Below, piece after piece: positions 1 through 13,883 of a DNA stretch of 63,899 nt. Made by a program: the position numbers and the translations under genes. The DNA is from Emiliania huxleyi CCMP1516 (taxonomy: Eukaryota). Numbering within the stretch: position 1 is the first letter of the stretch; each line of letters begins with the position of its first letter. The notes beneath the pieces were generated by a model. The model worked only from the letters and a program-made list of their open reading frames with translations, was not told the DNA's origin and made no database searches. The stretch is taken from assembly GCF_000372725.1 (NCBI RefSeq), contig NW_005201176.1:124102-188000 (forward strand), written 5' to 3'.

Positions 1-1248
1 GGGCGAGGGCGGCGTGCTCGCGACGGCGGCGCCGAGTCGCCCCGAGCGGAGCACGGCCAAAGGTCTGAGACGCGGGGAGGGCGGGGCGAGAGGTCGTCGT
101 GGGGGCGTGGAGGCGCGGAGGCGACGTGCGGGGAGGGGGGGTGTATCACCGCCGTATCAACCCCACACTTGCCGCCGAGGGGCCCGGCGGGCTGAGGCGC
201 GCAAGGCGGCTTTTGCTCCCGCGGGGCGGCTCTATCCGTCTCATCACGGCGTCCCGAGGTGTAGCCGTGTACCTGGCGGCAGGGCCATCACTCACGCGCC
301 TACTCGCGGCACGAGGGAAGGCGTGACGCGACCGCGAGAGGCGAGATGGGTGATGGCGAGACAGTCGTTTGGCCCGTTTGAGGCAGGAGTGGTGGCCGCA
401 AACGATGAGGACGACGAGGCATCGCGCCTGCTTTGGACGCAAAGTCCAGACCCACTGGCCTGAGGGGAGGGGCCTGGAATCCTGCCAGCACCTCCGCGCC
501 GAAAAGCGTGATTGAGGATTTTCTGACGCCAGCCGCCGCCGGCCGCCAAGCGGACACTAGGGAACTGCGCGACGACGACGACATTTCTGACCGGGAGCGA
601 TCACCACCGCCCTTCTGGTGGTGTTTGCCGGTCGGGGGGGCGTCGGCACCACCGTCGTTCCGCGCGGATGTTGCAAACGGTGGCTCGGGGCGCCTATTTC
701 GGCAGCCCCGGGGCGGGAGCCGAGGAGGGGCAGCCGTTGCGGTCCTGGCGCCATCGCAGCTCGGCGGCGCGTGGAGAGCCGAGCGGCTCCCAGCGATCCC
801 GCGAGACAACGGCCCGCATCCGTCACGGATGCCGCGCCCACGCTGCGCGGCGCAAGCGCCATATGGGGGAAGCAGCTGGTCCGCGCCCCGTTTTCTGCAG
901 TGTCGAGTACTTTACTTCGAAGGCGCAGAGAACTCTGCAGTCTGCTGGAAAGTGGAATTTAGTGGGTTGGCGAGAAGGGGGGGAGAGCCCAATGTGTTCT
1001 CCCCCCAGCCGAGACCCGCAGTGCGCAGACGGATTTAAGATGTAGAAGAGATGAAGTATACCAGACCATGCGGACAAGGACATGAGGTATGCAGTGTGTT
1101 GTGTGTCTGGAGTCTGCCTCCTGTACACCAGCCTCCCCACGAACACCGAGTCTGCGCCCGCCAAAACACGTACTACGGCCGCCTATGGTCGCACATGCAC
1201 GTTCGCGCAATGAGAGCTGCCTCAAAGAGCTGCCCCCCCCCCCCCTCC

Positions 1249-2106
1249 CTAGTACTTGATGCCCTTGGAGTCGAGCAGCTTGCCGAGCGGCGACTCGGGC
1301 TTGATGGGCGGCTTGAAGGGGTAGTACTTGCCCGGTGGTCCCGGGTTCTTGACCAGCTCCTCCTTGATGATGCCCTCGACCGTCTCGCGGAAGTGTGCAA
1401 TCTCGTACACCTTCTCGGCCGCCGCCGCGGGCACGACGACCACGCCGTCCTGGTCGCCGATGATGGCGTCGCCCGGGCGGACCACGACCGGGTTGGTCTG
1501 CCCCAGCTCGATCACGCCGTTGCACTCCCACGGCTGCATCGCCGCCGGGCCCTGCTTGGCGGTCGTCGAGTGCGAGAAGCAAGGGAAGCCGTACGACAGG
1601 ATCTCGTCGGTGTCACGGACGGATCCGTCGGTGACGAGCCCGCCTAGGCCGAGCTGCTTTAGCCGCAGGAACTTGATGTCGCCGCCCACCGACTCCCACG
1701 GCCCGACTGACGAGATGCAGAGCACCTCCTTCGGGCCACACAGCTCGAAGGCCTCGTACTCGGGCGAAATCTCGCCCGCCGGCTTGTCGGCGGCGATGTC
1801 GGGCCGCTGCGGGACCATGCGCAGCGTGATCGCGCGGCCCTTGCACTTTTGGCCCGGCTTCAGCCCGCGCGCACCCTCCACCATCGCCGGAGGCCAGCCC
1901 ATGACCCAGAGGCCGTCGACGAGCGCCTGCGTCGAGAGAGTGCCGAGCTTTTCGAGCATCTCGTCGGAAACGGCACCGCCCGAGGCGGGGCCCGTCGCGA
2001 GCCCGCGGCACGCCAGCAGCGCGGGCGCCGCAGCGCAGAGCGGCGCCGCACGGCGGAGCGCGGGCGCCGCACGGCGGAGCGCGGGCGCCGCAGTCGAGCG
2101 GAGCAT
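1249..2106 (-). CDS. RraA / HMG-aldolase (ribonuclease E inhibitor RraA/dimethylmenaquinone methyltransferase) family protein with probable mitochondrial presequence
   Basis: Intronless ORF from the ATG at 2106. Family motifs: GRAITLRMVP, GGDIK..RLKQLGLGGLVTDGSVRD, VVVRPGDAIIGDQDGVVVVP. The N-terminus MLRSTAAPALRRAAPALRR is Arg/Ala-rich, lacks acidic residues and is encoded partly by a 21-nt repeat. Confidence 0.85.
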   Translation of the reverse strand: MLRSTAAPALRRAAPALRRAAPLCAAAPALLACRGLATGPASGGAVSDEMLEKLGTLSTQALVDGLWVMGWPPAMVEGARGLKPGQKCKGRAITLRMVPQRPDIAADKPAGEISPEYEAFELCGPKEVLCISSVGPWESVGGDIKFLRLKQLGLGGLVTDGSVRDTDEILSYGFPCFSHSTTAKQGPAAMQPWECNGVIELGQTNPVVVRPGDAIIGDQDGVVVVPAAAAEKVYEIAHFRETVEGIIKEELVKNPGPPGKYYPFKPPIKPESPLGKLLDSKGIKY

Positions 2107-2528
2107 GGCGAAGTGTTGCGATGAAACGACCCAAAAGAATTTAAAAGACCGCCAAACTCCGAACAAAGAAATCTCTAACCTGGAGGCAGGTCGCTAGACT
2201 GAGATGAGACCGCCAGTGGATGTGGGAGTCCACCGCGCACCGCGCTGCGAGCCTGTCGTGTCCCTTGTCAGGAGCAGGAGAGCCCCACCTGTCCCCCTGA
2301 TCGTTCTTCCAAAATCCTGCTCGTGCAGGTGGTTGCTGCCACTCATAAAATCGTTGGGTCGCTTCAGTTCCCCCGTGGGCCGACCCTCCGATTTTATGAG
2401 AAGAGAACAAAGGGAGTGGGTCGAACAGGAAGGGACCAGATCGCTAAGCTTCCACTGCTGCGAAAAAAATATTTTTGGCCGTGTGCCAGACGAGCAGTCG
2501 CACGGCTGGGCGCACATCACTGCCATAC

Positions 2529-5083
<2,555 letters not shown>

Positions 5084-5480
5084 TAACCCTTGTCCCATCA
5101 TCGACTGCCTCACTCTGTGCATTACATAAAAACTCTCAGAGCACAAAGGTTCAGAGTATAGAGGAGCCGCGCCGCGCTGCGCGCGCGCGCGCGCGCGCGG
5201 CTCACTTCGTCGCTACCACCGACACCCGTGCGTGTCTCACTAGAGTATCGGCAGAGACAGGAGTGTGGTGACGACTCTGGTGTCCCCGCTCTGTTCTCTT
5301 CTTCTCTACAGACTACACAACAAGAAGAAAGATCTCTCTCTCACACAACATCGCAGCAAGACACAAGTGAGAGTGCACACAGGAATAATCGGCACGCTCG
5401 CAGGTGGTGCCGACGACCCAACGTGAAGCAGCGCCGGCGTCGTGGCGACCGGAGTGACGAACGCAACGGCGTCGGCGCGG

Positions 5481-6567
5481 CATAGTCTGAGGGTTAGGTT
5501 TCTGGAGCCTCGCTCGGGTGCTTTTACGCTTTTGATCGGGTCAGGGGAGAGTGCGACTTTTACCACTTTGGTCGTCTCGGAGCGCCCAACTTTTAGCATT
5601 TTTCAAAATTTTCCTCGGCGCTGCGCGCCGGGTGCAGTAACTACTACCTATCATACCCCCAAACGGCAAATAGTTCCACTATGGCAAGAAAATGCTGCCG
5701 CTCGCCTCGAAAGCGCCCGCAGGTATGTGTCCAAACATGTAGCGCTACAAGTTTGTAAGCACGCTGCTCCCACAACACACTTTCGCGCCTGGGCAACGGT
5801 GATGTACATGCCGTCGCGTCACCGACCGCTCGTGCTTGCGTATGATAGCAACCCCTCGTCTGACGGCAGCGTCCTCGCGTTCGCCACTCCGCCCGCGCGC
5901 GCGCCCGTCACGCCGCATCGTTGTCTGCCTACACCGCTTCGGCCGCAGCCTCGGGAAGTGCCTTCACACGCGCTGGGTCAGGTGCAGCAGCAGCCAGTGC
6001 AGCAGCAGCAGCCAGTGCAGCAGCAGCAGCCAGTGCAGCAGCGAGTGATCACATGTAGGGCAACAGGGAAATTTATTTTTTTCGCGCCCCCGCCCGCGCC
6101 GAGCCAAAGGAGCTCCGCGGAGCCGCCAGGCGCCCGCCCCGGCGATTCGCTCGCTACGCGTCGCTCACCGCCGGGGCGGGCGCCTGGCGGCGCCGCTGCG
6201 CAAAAAGAAAGAAAGAAAAGAGGCAGCCCTAGGGGATGGGAGGACATGTAAAATTTCTTCCGGCGGCGCATACAATTCTTTTTTTGTTCTGCTGCTTGCG
6301 CCGACCCACCATGGCAGCAGCAGCAGCCAGTGCAGCAGCGAGTGATCACGCTTGCACAAGCGGTGGGCGGTCGTCATGTGCTGCGCGATGGGTCACTTTG
6401 GCTAAATCCGAGACTCCGCGTCGACCCGGCTGCACGAAAGCACAGTTCGACTTTTACCATTTTGCCCCGGGCGGGCCCACTTTTGTCGTTTTGCCCCAAA
6501 TCTACCCACGTGGGTGCTAGTGTTTTGACCCAAATCGGCCGAACTTTTAGGATACCCTCAGACTATG
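5481..6567. mobile_element. Non-autonomous hAT-type DNA transposon (~1.09 kb)
   Basis: Perfect 14-bp TIRs catagtctgagggt (5481-5494) / accctcagactatg (6554-6567) and an 8-bp TSD cggcgcgg (5473-5480 and 6568-6575). No transposase ORF. Confidence 0.85.
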
Positions 6568-7154
6568 CGGCGCGGCTGCTCCTGCTGCTGCTGCTGCTTG
6601 GCATCGTCGAGCCGGCTGCAAGCCGAATCCCTCTCATAATCTGGCAGTCGTTCAAGGTCGAGCCGAGCGCCTTCGGCCCTGGCATGCGCACGGCGACCGA
6701 CTCGTGGAGGCGGCTGAACCCGGAGTACCATTGGCGATACGTGAACGACACAGAGCAGCGCGCGCAGGTGCATCGGCTCGGCTCTCGTATGCTCGTCCAA
6801 GCGTATGACTCGGCGCTCACCGGAGCGGCAAGGTGCGACTTGTGGCGCGCACTGATCATCTACAAGCACGGCGGCGTCTACGCCGACGTGGACACCACAC
6901 TCCTGACGCCGCTCAGCAAGCTCATCAGGGACGATGACGAGGGGCTCTCCGGCATCGGTCAAAGGGGCGACCTACACCAGTGGTTTCTGGCGTGCGCTCC
7001 CGGCCACCCGCTCCTGGCGCACCTGCTGAGGCACGCCATGCACCAGTCGTCCCTGCTGAGTCCTGAGAACATCGCGGGCCCGCGCGCGCTGCACCACGTC
7101 GCCACCCAGCTCCTAGGCTGGCCGAGCAACACCCACTTCCGCCCGGGGACTTGA
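6568..7154 (+). pseudogene. Glycosyltransferase family 32 (DXD, SUR1/OCH1-like), 5' end interrupted by hAT element
   Basis: Motifs RIPLIIWQS, SWRRLNPEY, ARCDLWRALIIYKHGGVYADVD, PGHPLL, AGPRAL. A hydrophobic anchor LLLLLLLGIV follows the TSD. No clean in-frame ATG after excising the element. Confidence 0.7.
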
Positions 7155-7211
7155 GAATCCCCAGCGTCCCACCCTCCTAGTCACACTCTCAATTTCTCGA
7201 CTGGCCAACAC

Positions 7212-9585
7212 GAAGAAAGAAAGAAAGAAAACACACAACCCAAGGGAGGGATGGGAGAACGGCACGCCGCCACCACACAGGGATTTTAAGGAGAGGGGTG
7301 TGGTGCGCTAGCCGTCGCCCACCCTTGGGCGTCCGCCTCTTCCTATCTCACTTCGCAGTCTCTCGCCGCTTCTCGCTGCAACCTTCATGCCACCTCGCGG
7401 CCGTCCCACTCTCGTCGGTCTCTCCCTTGTCACTTCCTCCTCTGTCGCGTCGTTCTCTTCTGCCTCGTCCTGCGACGCCGCCGCCTGCCGGTCCCTTGTT
7501 CTCGCGGCTTCTTTCGCCTTGCGCAACTCCGTCCTCCTCGCGGCGTATCCTGGCCCCTCGAGTCTATCAAGCTCCCCTCGCGCAAGGACCACATTTCTGA
7601 CTCCCACTCCGATCATTTGCCTACACGTCATGTTGTTGCTCAGGTCCACTCTCTCTTCGAACACTCGTGCCTCTACGGATGATGCCGGCGCTGGGGTCCC
7701 CTTCGGGTGCATCGTGACATCTGACAACTGAATTTCCACTGGTTCGTCCTCCCCCGAGTCATCTTCCCCGTCCTCCTTCCGCTCGGCCCTTCGCTCGGTA
7801 CGTTCGGTGTGGCTCACCCTCCATGCCGTGAACAGGCGCTTTATCCACCCTATATTCTTCTCTCGTTCCTCTGCCCTTGCCTTGGTCTTGTCGTTGTTTC
7901 GCACCCATGTCTGTATGGCAATCGAGGCTGCCTTCCCCACTACCTGAAGTTCACTCGTCACCTCTCCCGCGAGCTCCCTTCTCTTTCTTTCGGGTATGGA
8001 GTCCGTGAGTGCGGGTAGCGTGCAGGCAATCACGGGTGCTATTTTGTCGTACTCCTCTTCGGCGAGCGCCCCAAATCTAGACCCTTTCGCCTTTAAGGAG
8101 GCTGCCCTCGCTCGTCTCAGGAATGTGGCGGTGTCTTTTGAGTCCGGCGCCTCCCGTTCAACTCTTGCTATCGCCCTCGCTGTGTGTTTGTCGAGCTTCC
8201 GCATGAAGTGACGCGCCTCTTCCTTATTTCCAGCGCAGCTGCCGCTCAGTATGTGCGCCAACGACGCCTGTGGTGGCTCATTGTCTTCTTGTTTCCAGTC
8301 GTCCCAGTCTTTCAGTTCCCCGCGTCTCCTCCTTGCCTCGCGCGCCTCTTTTGCGACCTCATCCCTAGCCGCTTTGCACGCTCTGCATCCCCAGAACGCA
8401 CTTCTCGTGGCGGGGCCCCTCATTCCCCGTTTCTTTTCCCCCTCTAGAATACGCCTGTGGTGTTCCCCATGTGGCACCCCGACCTGTTGTCTCACCCTGG
8501 CCCCCAAGATCGTTTTGGTCGTCACATTGTGATCCCCGACGTCGTCAAATGTCGCCCGCCTGTCCTTCCCCCCGGTCTCGTCTGGTAATCTCATCTTATT
8601 ATCCCATCGATGCTTGAGGCTGGCTACTGCCACTTCGCTCCACAACCGTCCCGCCACCCCTGCCGTGTGCGACCCCGGCCTCACTGTCTTTCGATATTGC
8701 TCGCACACCCACTCGTGCGCGCTCTTACACATGTGTCCGTACGTCCGTCGGTCCACTATCTCCCTCTTCTCTGCGTTCTCTGCCGCCTCCCTTCGCACCG
8801 TGTACATGCATGGCCGCGTCCGCACCGCTTCCCGCACCACTTTCGAGGCGTCCTCCGTGTCGTTATCCCCGAGGTGTGCTGTCGCCACCGCGTCGGCGTA
8901 AGCGTTGCAGGCTATTCCCACGTGTGCTGGCACCCACATGAAGACCACCGCCTCTAGCTTCGATCTATAGTAAGCGATCGCCTCCAGCAGTCCGCCTCTC
9001 TCCCAGTCCCTCAGGCCTTCTGGCATCCCTTTGCGGTGCGCATTCTCAATCTGCTGCAGCGCGGGTTTGCAGTCGCATAGCACTAAGCACCGCCGCGCTT
9101 GCGCATCGCTCGCGTTCGCCATTTTGCGTAAGTATGCGAGTATCGCGTACATCTCCGCGTCTATCGGCTCCCACATGTTCGGCAGCTTTCCTCCCCACAT
9201 TCCCGCCCCATCGGCGCGGTTGCATCGCGCCGTCGTAGGCTTCCTGCACGGTCTTCGTGAACGCCTCCTCGGCGTCTCGGTCCAGCTTCCGGCTGACTCC
9301 TTTCGGTCGGTATTCCCGCTCTCCTTCTGGGTCGTCCGCCCCGTAGTATTCAACCGCCACTATCTCATGGTCTTTCCCGCAAACTCCTGGCATGATGTAT
9401 ACGCGCCCCATCACATTCGCTAGCGCCGGGGTGACTATCCAGTTGTCAATTTGCGTGCCCGCCCGGTACGTTGCGTCGTTCGCCATCGCTCTCAGGTCTC
9501 TCCCCACCTCGGTCAGCATGCTGTTGAACATCTTGTCTGAGAGAGTCAGTTCCTTTTTACCGCTGCCGAGCCTGATAACCGGTTC
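7212..9585 (-). mobile_element. Non-LTR retrotransposon (APE + RNase H type), 5'-truncated and lacking the RT domain
   Basis: APE C-terminal motifs TYRAGTQIDNW..KDHEIV (~9490-9360). RNase H motifs DAEMYAIL..LCDC..WVPAHVGIACNAYAD (~9165-8890). Cys/His knuckle CRAC..HILSGSC. ORF ends RVGDG* at 7308, followed by a ~75-nt 3'UTR and a (TTTC)n tail at 7212-7230. Confidence 0.85.
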
Positions 9586-9644
9586 AAATTCTTTTGTTCT
9601 GCTGCTTGCGGCGCGAGCAACACCCTCACACCCTCGCACCCACC

Positions 9645-10624
9645 ATGGCAAGCATCGACAAGGACAAGCAGCTCGAGTACAACCTCGCCGTGCTCAAGCG
9701 GAGGGACGCGGCCATCACCGAGGTGCTCAAGATGGCCGGGCACGTGGTGCTCTATCAGTTTAACGAGGACAGCCAGTCGTGGGACCTCAAGAAGGCGCGC
9801 ACGCAGCCGCCCGCCAGAGACCGCCCCCGCCCTCACCTCCGCCACCGAGCCCGCCGCCTCTCTCCCCTCCCCCACCATCCCCGCCGCCTCCATCGCCCCA
9901 CCCACCATCGCCCCCACCCGCATCGCCTCCACCACCTACCGCCACCGCCACCTCACCCACCACCTTCACCCCCACCCCCCACCCCATTTGCCGCCGCCGC
10001 CCTGTCCACCACCTCCGTCGCCGCCACCCCCCTCACCGCCGCCTTCATCGCCACGGCCGCCGCCCCCCCCCCCCCCCCCTCCCTCCGCCCTCGCCCCCTG
10101 CACCCAGCCTGCCACTCCAAGCCCACCACCACCGCCGCCGCCGCCTCCTTCTCCACCGCCCCCCGGCCCGCCCCCGCCAAGCCCTACACACCGCCACCGC
10201 CACCGTCGCCGCCTCCCACCATCACCCCTGCCTCCGCCGCCGCCTCCGCTGCCATTGCCGCCACCACCAGCCCTCCGCCCCCTTCGCCTCCCACCTCCAT
10301 CTCCACCGCCCCCTCCCCCTCCCCCACCGAGCCCCCCCACCACCGTCTCCCCCACCGCCCTCGCCACCACCTCCAAGTCCCCTCCACCGTCTCTGCCGCC
10401 CCCCCGCCCCCGTCCCCTCCCAGCCCACCACCGCCCTCGCCGCCGACGCCGCCGCCCCCCCACCACCCCCGCCACCACCACCTCCCCAAGCACGCGCCAG
10501 CGCGCCCACCTCCTCCGGCCTCTCAGCGCCCCTGCGCCCGCCGGCTGCTGCAATCTCCCCACATCTCCCCTGCAGGTGGAGGGCTCACTTTTCGTCGTCG
10601 CGCGCACGACAGCGCCAAGGCACG

Positions 10625-10663
<39 letters not shown>

Positions 10664-11189
10664 CACACGCACACGCACACACACACACACAACACACGCA
10701 CACACACACACCCTCTGGCCCTTGCCCCGCCACCTCATCTTCTTGTCATGTGTGTGGAGACGTGGACCTCACCGTACCGCAGGCACATGTTTGTCGTCCT
10801 CAACCGGCTCTCGTCCCAGAACCTGGTCGAGCACGCACACGCACATGCACATGCACATGCACATGCACATGCATCACCGTGTACCCCTCCCTTCCTCTCG
10901 TCCCAGAACCTGGTCGAGCTCCCCATATCTCCCCATATCTCCCCATATCTCCCCATATCTCGTCCCAGAACCTGGTCGAGCTCCCCATATCTCCCCATAT
11001 CTCCCCATATCTCCCCATATCTCGTCCCAGAACCTGGTCGAGCTCCCCATATCTCCCCATATCTCCCCATATCTCCCCATATCTCGTCCCAGAACCTGGT
11101 CGAGCACGCACACGCACATGCACATGCACATGCACATGCACATGCACATGCACACGCACACGCACACGCACATGCACATGCACATGCAC

Positions 11190-11221
<32 letters not shown>

Positions 11222-11611
11222 GCACATGCACACGCACATGCACGTGCACATGCACATGCACATGCACATGCACACGCACACGCACATGCACAAGTATCAC
11301 TATGTACCCCTCCCTTCCTCTCGTCCCAGAACCTGGCCGAGCACACATTGATCACACCATGTGCCCCTCCCTTCTCGCCCGTCTCTGCACGCATCTCGAC
11401 GGACCATCGTGCATGCTGCTGCATCTTGCTTGAGATCGTGATGTGTCCTGTGCGGCTCGCTAGGTCGAGGCGGTGACGGCAGACTTCCAGATGGAGCTCA
11501 ACGACCAGTTCCTGCTGTGCGCGCCACCACACACACGCTCGCACGCACCCACCCACCCACCCACCCATCCACCCACCCACTCACGCACGCACACACGCAC
11601 GCACGCACCCA

Positions 11612-11654
<43 letters not shown>

Positions 11655-11915
11655 GCACACACACGGAGGAGGTAGTCGGCGCCGCCAAGCTGCCGGGGCA
11701 GATCGCGGGAGATCACGGGAGATCACGGGCGCAGGTATCGCAACGACGCGTCCGAGATCATCGGCATCTGGTTCTACTCGCCGCCCGAGCGCGCCGAGAT
11801 CGCCGCGTTGCTCCAGTCCCTTGCAGCGCAGGCGCTTGCACGTACGCCTGCATTTACTCACCCGCTCCCTCTCCCTCTCCCTCTCCCTCTCCCTCTCCCT
11901 CTCCCTCTCCCTCTC

Positions 11916-11946
<31 letters not shown>

Positions 11947-12740
11947 GGGGCTCCTGCCGTCTAGACGCGGAGTCGCGAGGGGCTAGCCCTGGCCCTCGCC
12001 CCACCACCTCGTGTGTGTGGAGACGTCTGCCTCACCTTCCCTTACCTGCGGCGCAGGAGCTTGGGGAGGACACGGGCGAGGAGCCAGACACATCGGCCCC
12101 GATCGAGGAGCCGGACGCCGCCAACGCCGCCGCGCTGAGCCCTGTCGACCCGGCGGCGGAGGCGACGCCCGCCGTGCCCGCGCCGCCTCCAGCGGCGCCG
12201 ACATCGGACTTGGCCTCAGGCGGCGAGGCGGCCACTGCGTCAAACAATGTGGCCGCCTTCTTCTCGATGATGCAGGGCGCGCAGCCGCCGGCGGGCGGCC
12301 AGCCTGCGCCGCCCACCCCGACGGGCGCGACGGACGCCTCGGCGACCACGGAGCGCGCCTCGGAGGAGCCGTCCCCCGAGCAGACTGCGGGCAACGGCAG
12401 CGGGAACGGGGCGGGGGCTGCCGACGGCGACACGTCGCTCGAGGCGCTCAAGGTGGAGCTGCGGGCGAGGCTCGGTGCGCTCCTCGACGACGACGCCTTC
12501 CTCGAGACCCTCGCCCGCGAGTACCGCTCTCAAGAGAGCCACCAGTCGCCCGCCGTCGGCCAGGCCCCTTCCTCCTCCTCCTCCTCCTCCTCGGGCGGCA
12601 CCGGCGCCGGGCGCAACCGGCGGGGCAGGACGCAGCAGACGACCGCCACCCGCGCGGAGGCGTCGTCCTCCGAGGCGCCCGCCGACGGCATGCCCGCCCA
12701 TTTGATGGCGCTGCTGCAGCAGCAGCAGCTCGGCTCTTGA
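9645..12740 (+). CDS. DCP1: mRNA-decapping enzyme subunit 1 (EVH1 domain), ~6 exons
   Basis: Exons read MASIDKDKQLEYNLAVLKRRDAAITEVLKMAGHVVLYQF..WDLKK / VEGSLFVVAR / HMFVVLNRLS..NLVE / DFQMELNDQFLL / YRNDASEIIGIWFYSPPER, then a low-complexity last exon with stop at 12738-12740. Confidence 0.9.
10712..10778 (+). mobile_element. Short retro-like element, copy B (3' part only)
   Basis: cccttgccccgccacctc..tgtgtgtggagacgtggacctcaccgtacc follows (CA)n and lies immediately before the acceptor gcag. Confidence 0.5.
11944..12046 (+). mobile_element. Short retro-like element, copy C
   Basis: tggggctcctgccgtctagacgcggagtcgcgagggg..gccccaccacctcgtgtgtgtggaga..ccttcccttacc follows (CCCTCT)n and ends 10 nt before the acceptor. 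Confidence 0.7.
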
Positions 12741-12919
12741 CGCGCGGCCGCCGCGCCCTTCGCGCACCCACAAGGCGCACCCGTGTTTGCGCGCATGCAG
12801 TGGCAGAGGGGCAGTGGGGCACGCGGTCCCCTGAGTTCTCTCGATCTCGTATGCCATGCACTGGTGTGGTCAAAAAACTCTTGAGAGTAAGAAAATCAGC
12901 TGCTGCCAGTGTACCCCGC

Positions 12920-13000
12920 GCTGCACAAAGACCGCAGGGCGGGGACCTGTTCCTTTTTACCCATCTCCTAGTAGAGGTGTCCGTTTTATTTATTTATTTA
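12920..13000 (+). mobile_element. 3' stub of a second LINE family with (TTTA)n tail
   Basis: ctgcacaaagaccgcagggcggggacct..ttttacccatctc..agtagagg..gtccgttttatttattta matches 29963-30055. Confidence 0.6.
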
Positions 13001-13022
13001 GCTGCTGCCAGTTCTGCTGATC

Positions 13023-13865
13023 CCCTCTGGGGTGGCGCGGGGGCCCCCGGAGGCACACCGTGCGCCGCGGCCCGCGCCGCAGACAGTGCGGAAAGGGGGG
13101 GGGCCCGGCTCCACTAGTCTCCACTATCTAGAACTAGCACCGATCTAACCTGGTCTAACAGAGGGCAGATTTGGAGAGATCTCGAGGAGTACATACAGAT
13201 AGACCCTCTAACCATCAGAAAACTCCAACCTGATCGGTCGTACTGACCGCCGACAGATCACTTCAGACAGCAGACAGGCCGACGTCTGCACGCGGCCGGC
13301 CGGGCGAGAGGCTTGACACGATCCGACCCTGCGACCCTGACGCTGCTGCTCTAGCTATCAGCCATGCACTGCTGACTGCTGCCACAATATGCGACCGGTG
13401 CTGGCCCACTTGGCGGCCTTCCCGGTCAGTGGTGAGGCGCAGTCCAGAGCTGTCGATGGCGCGATGCCGCACTGGTCCCACATTGGTAACACGAGACCAC
13501 CACCTTTGCCGGTCCAAGAGAGAGGCACCGGCGCTGTCCTGAGAAAGTGCATGGTCCCTCTTGACTGCCCATGCGCGCGAGGCTGTGTAGGCATAGCCTC
13601 GAGATTGCCAGCAGCCAATCCGAGGCGACGCGCATTGCGCCAGAAGCGTGCACACGATGGAAGGACACCTTCCTACTGGCCGTACGATCAGGTCGTCACT
13701 GAATGCTTGATACTAAGGCCGCGAGCTATGCAGGTGATCAATTGTGCAGCACGGCACGGTCAGCAGCGCCGACAGGCTGTCGCAAGGCGTGATAGCATGG
13801 CCGCAAGTACGCCGAAGCATGGCCGCAAAAACAAGTGAAAAATCGCGCAAAAAAGAAAAAATGAC
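13023..13865. repeat. Dispersed ~0.85-kb repeat, inverted copy of 47225-48238
   Basis: 13160-13810 is the near-identical reverse complement of 47455-48120. The flanks 13023-13095 and 13810-13865 also match. Confidence 0.9.
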
Positions 13866-13883
13866 CAAACCGATCCGGCGCCA

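Noticed and set aside
1..1045. Overlapping ORFs at window start (also 24120-25330 and 36000-37900)
   Set aside because: No recognisable motifs or consistent codon bias; cannot support a gene call.
9794..11460. Long Pro-rich and (HT/HA/CV)n ORFs of 250-585 aa
   Set aside because: Products of C-rich and microsatellite sequence in DCP1 introns. The same applies to 53233-53780, 3250-3400, 27878-27992 and 39638-40032.
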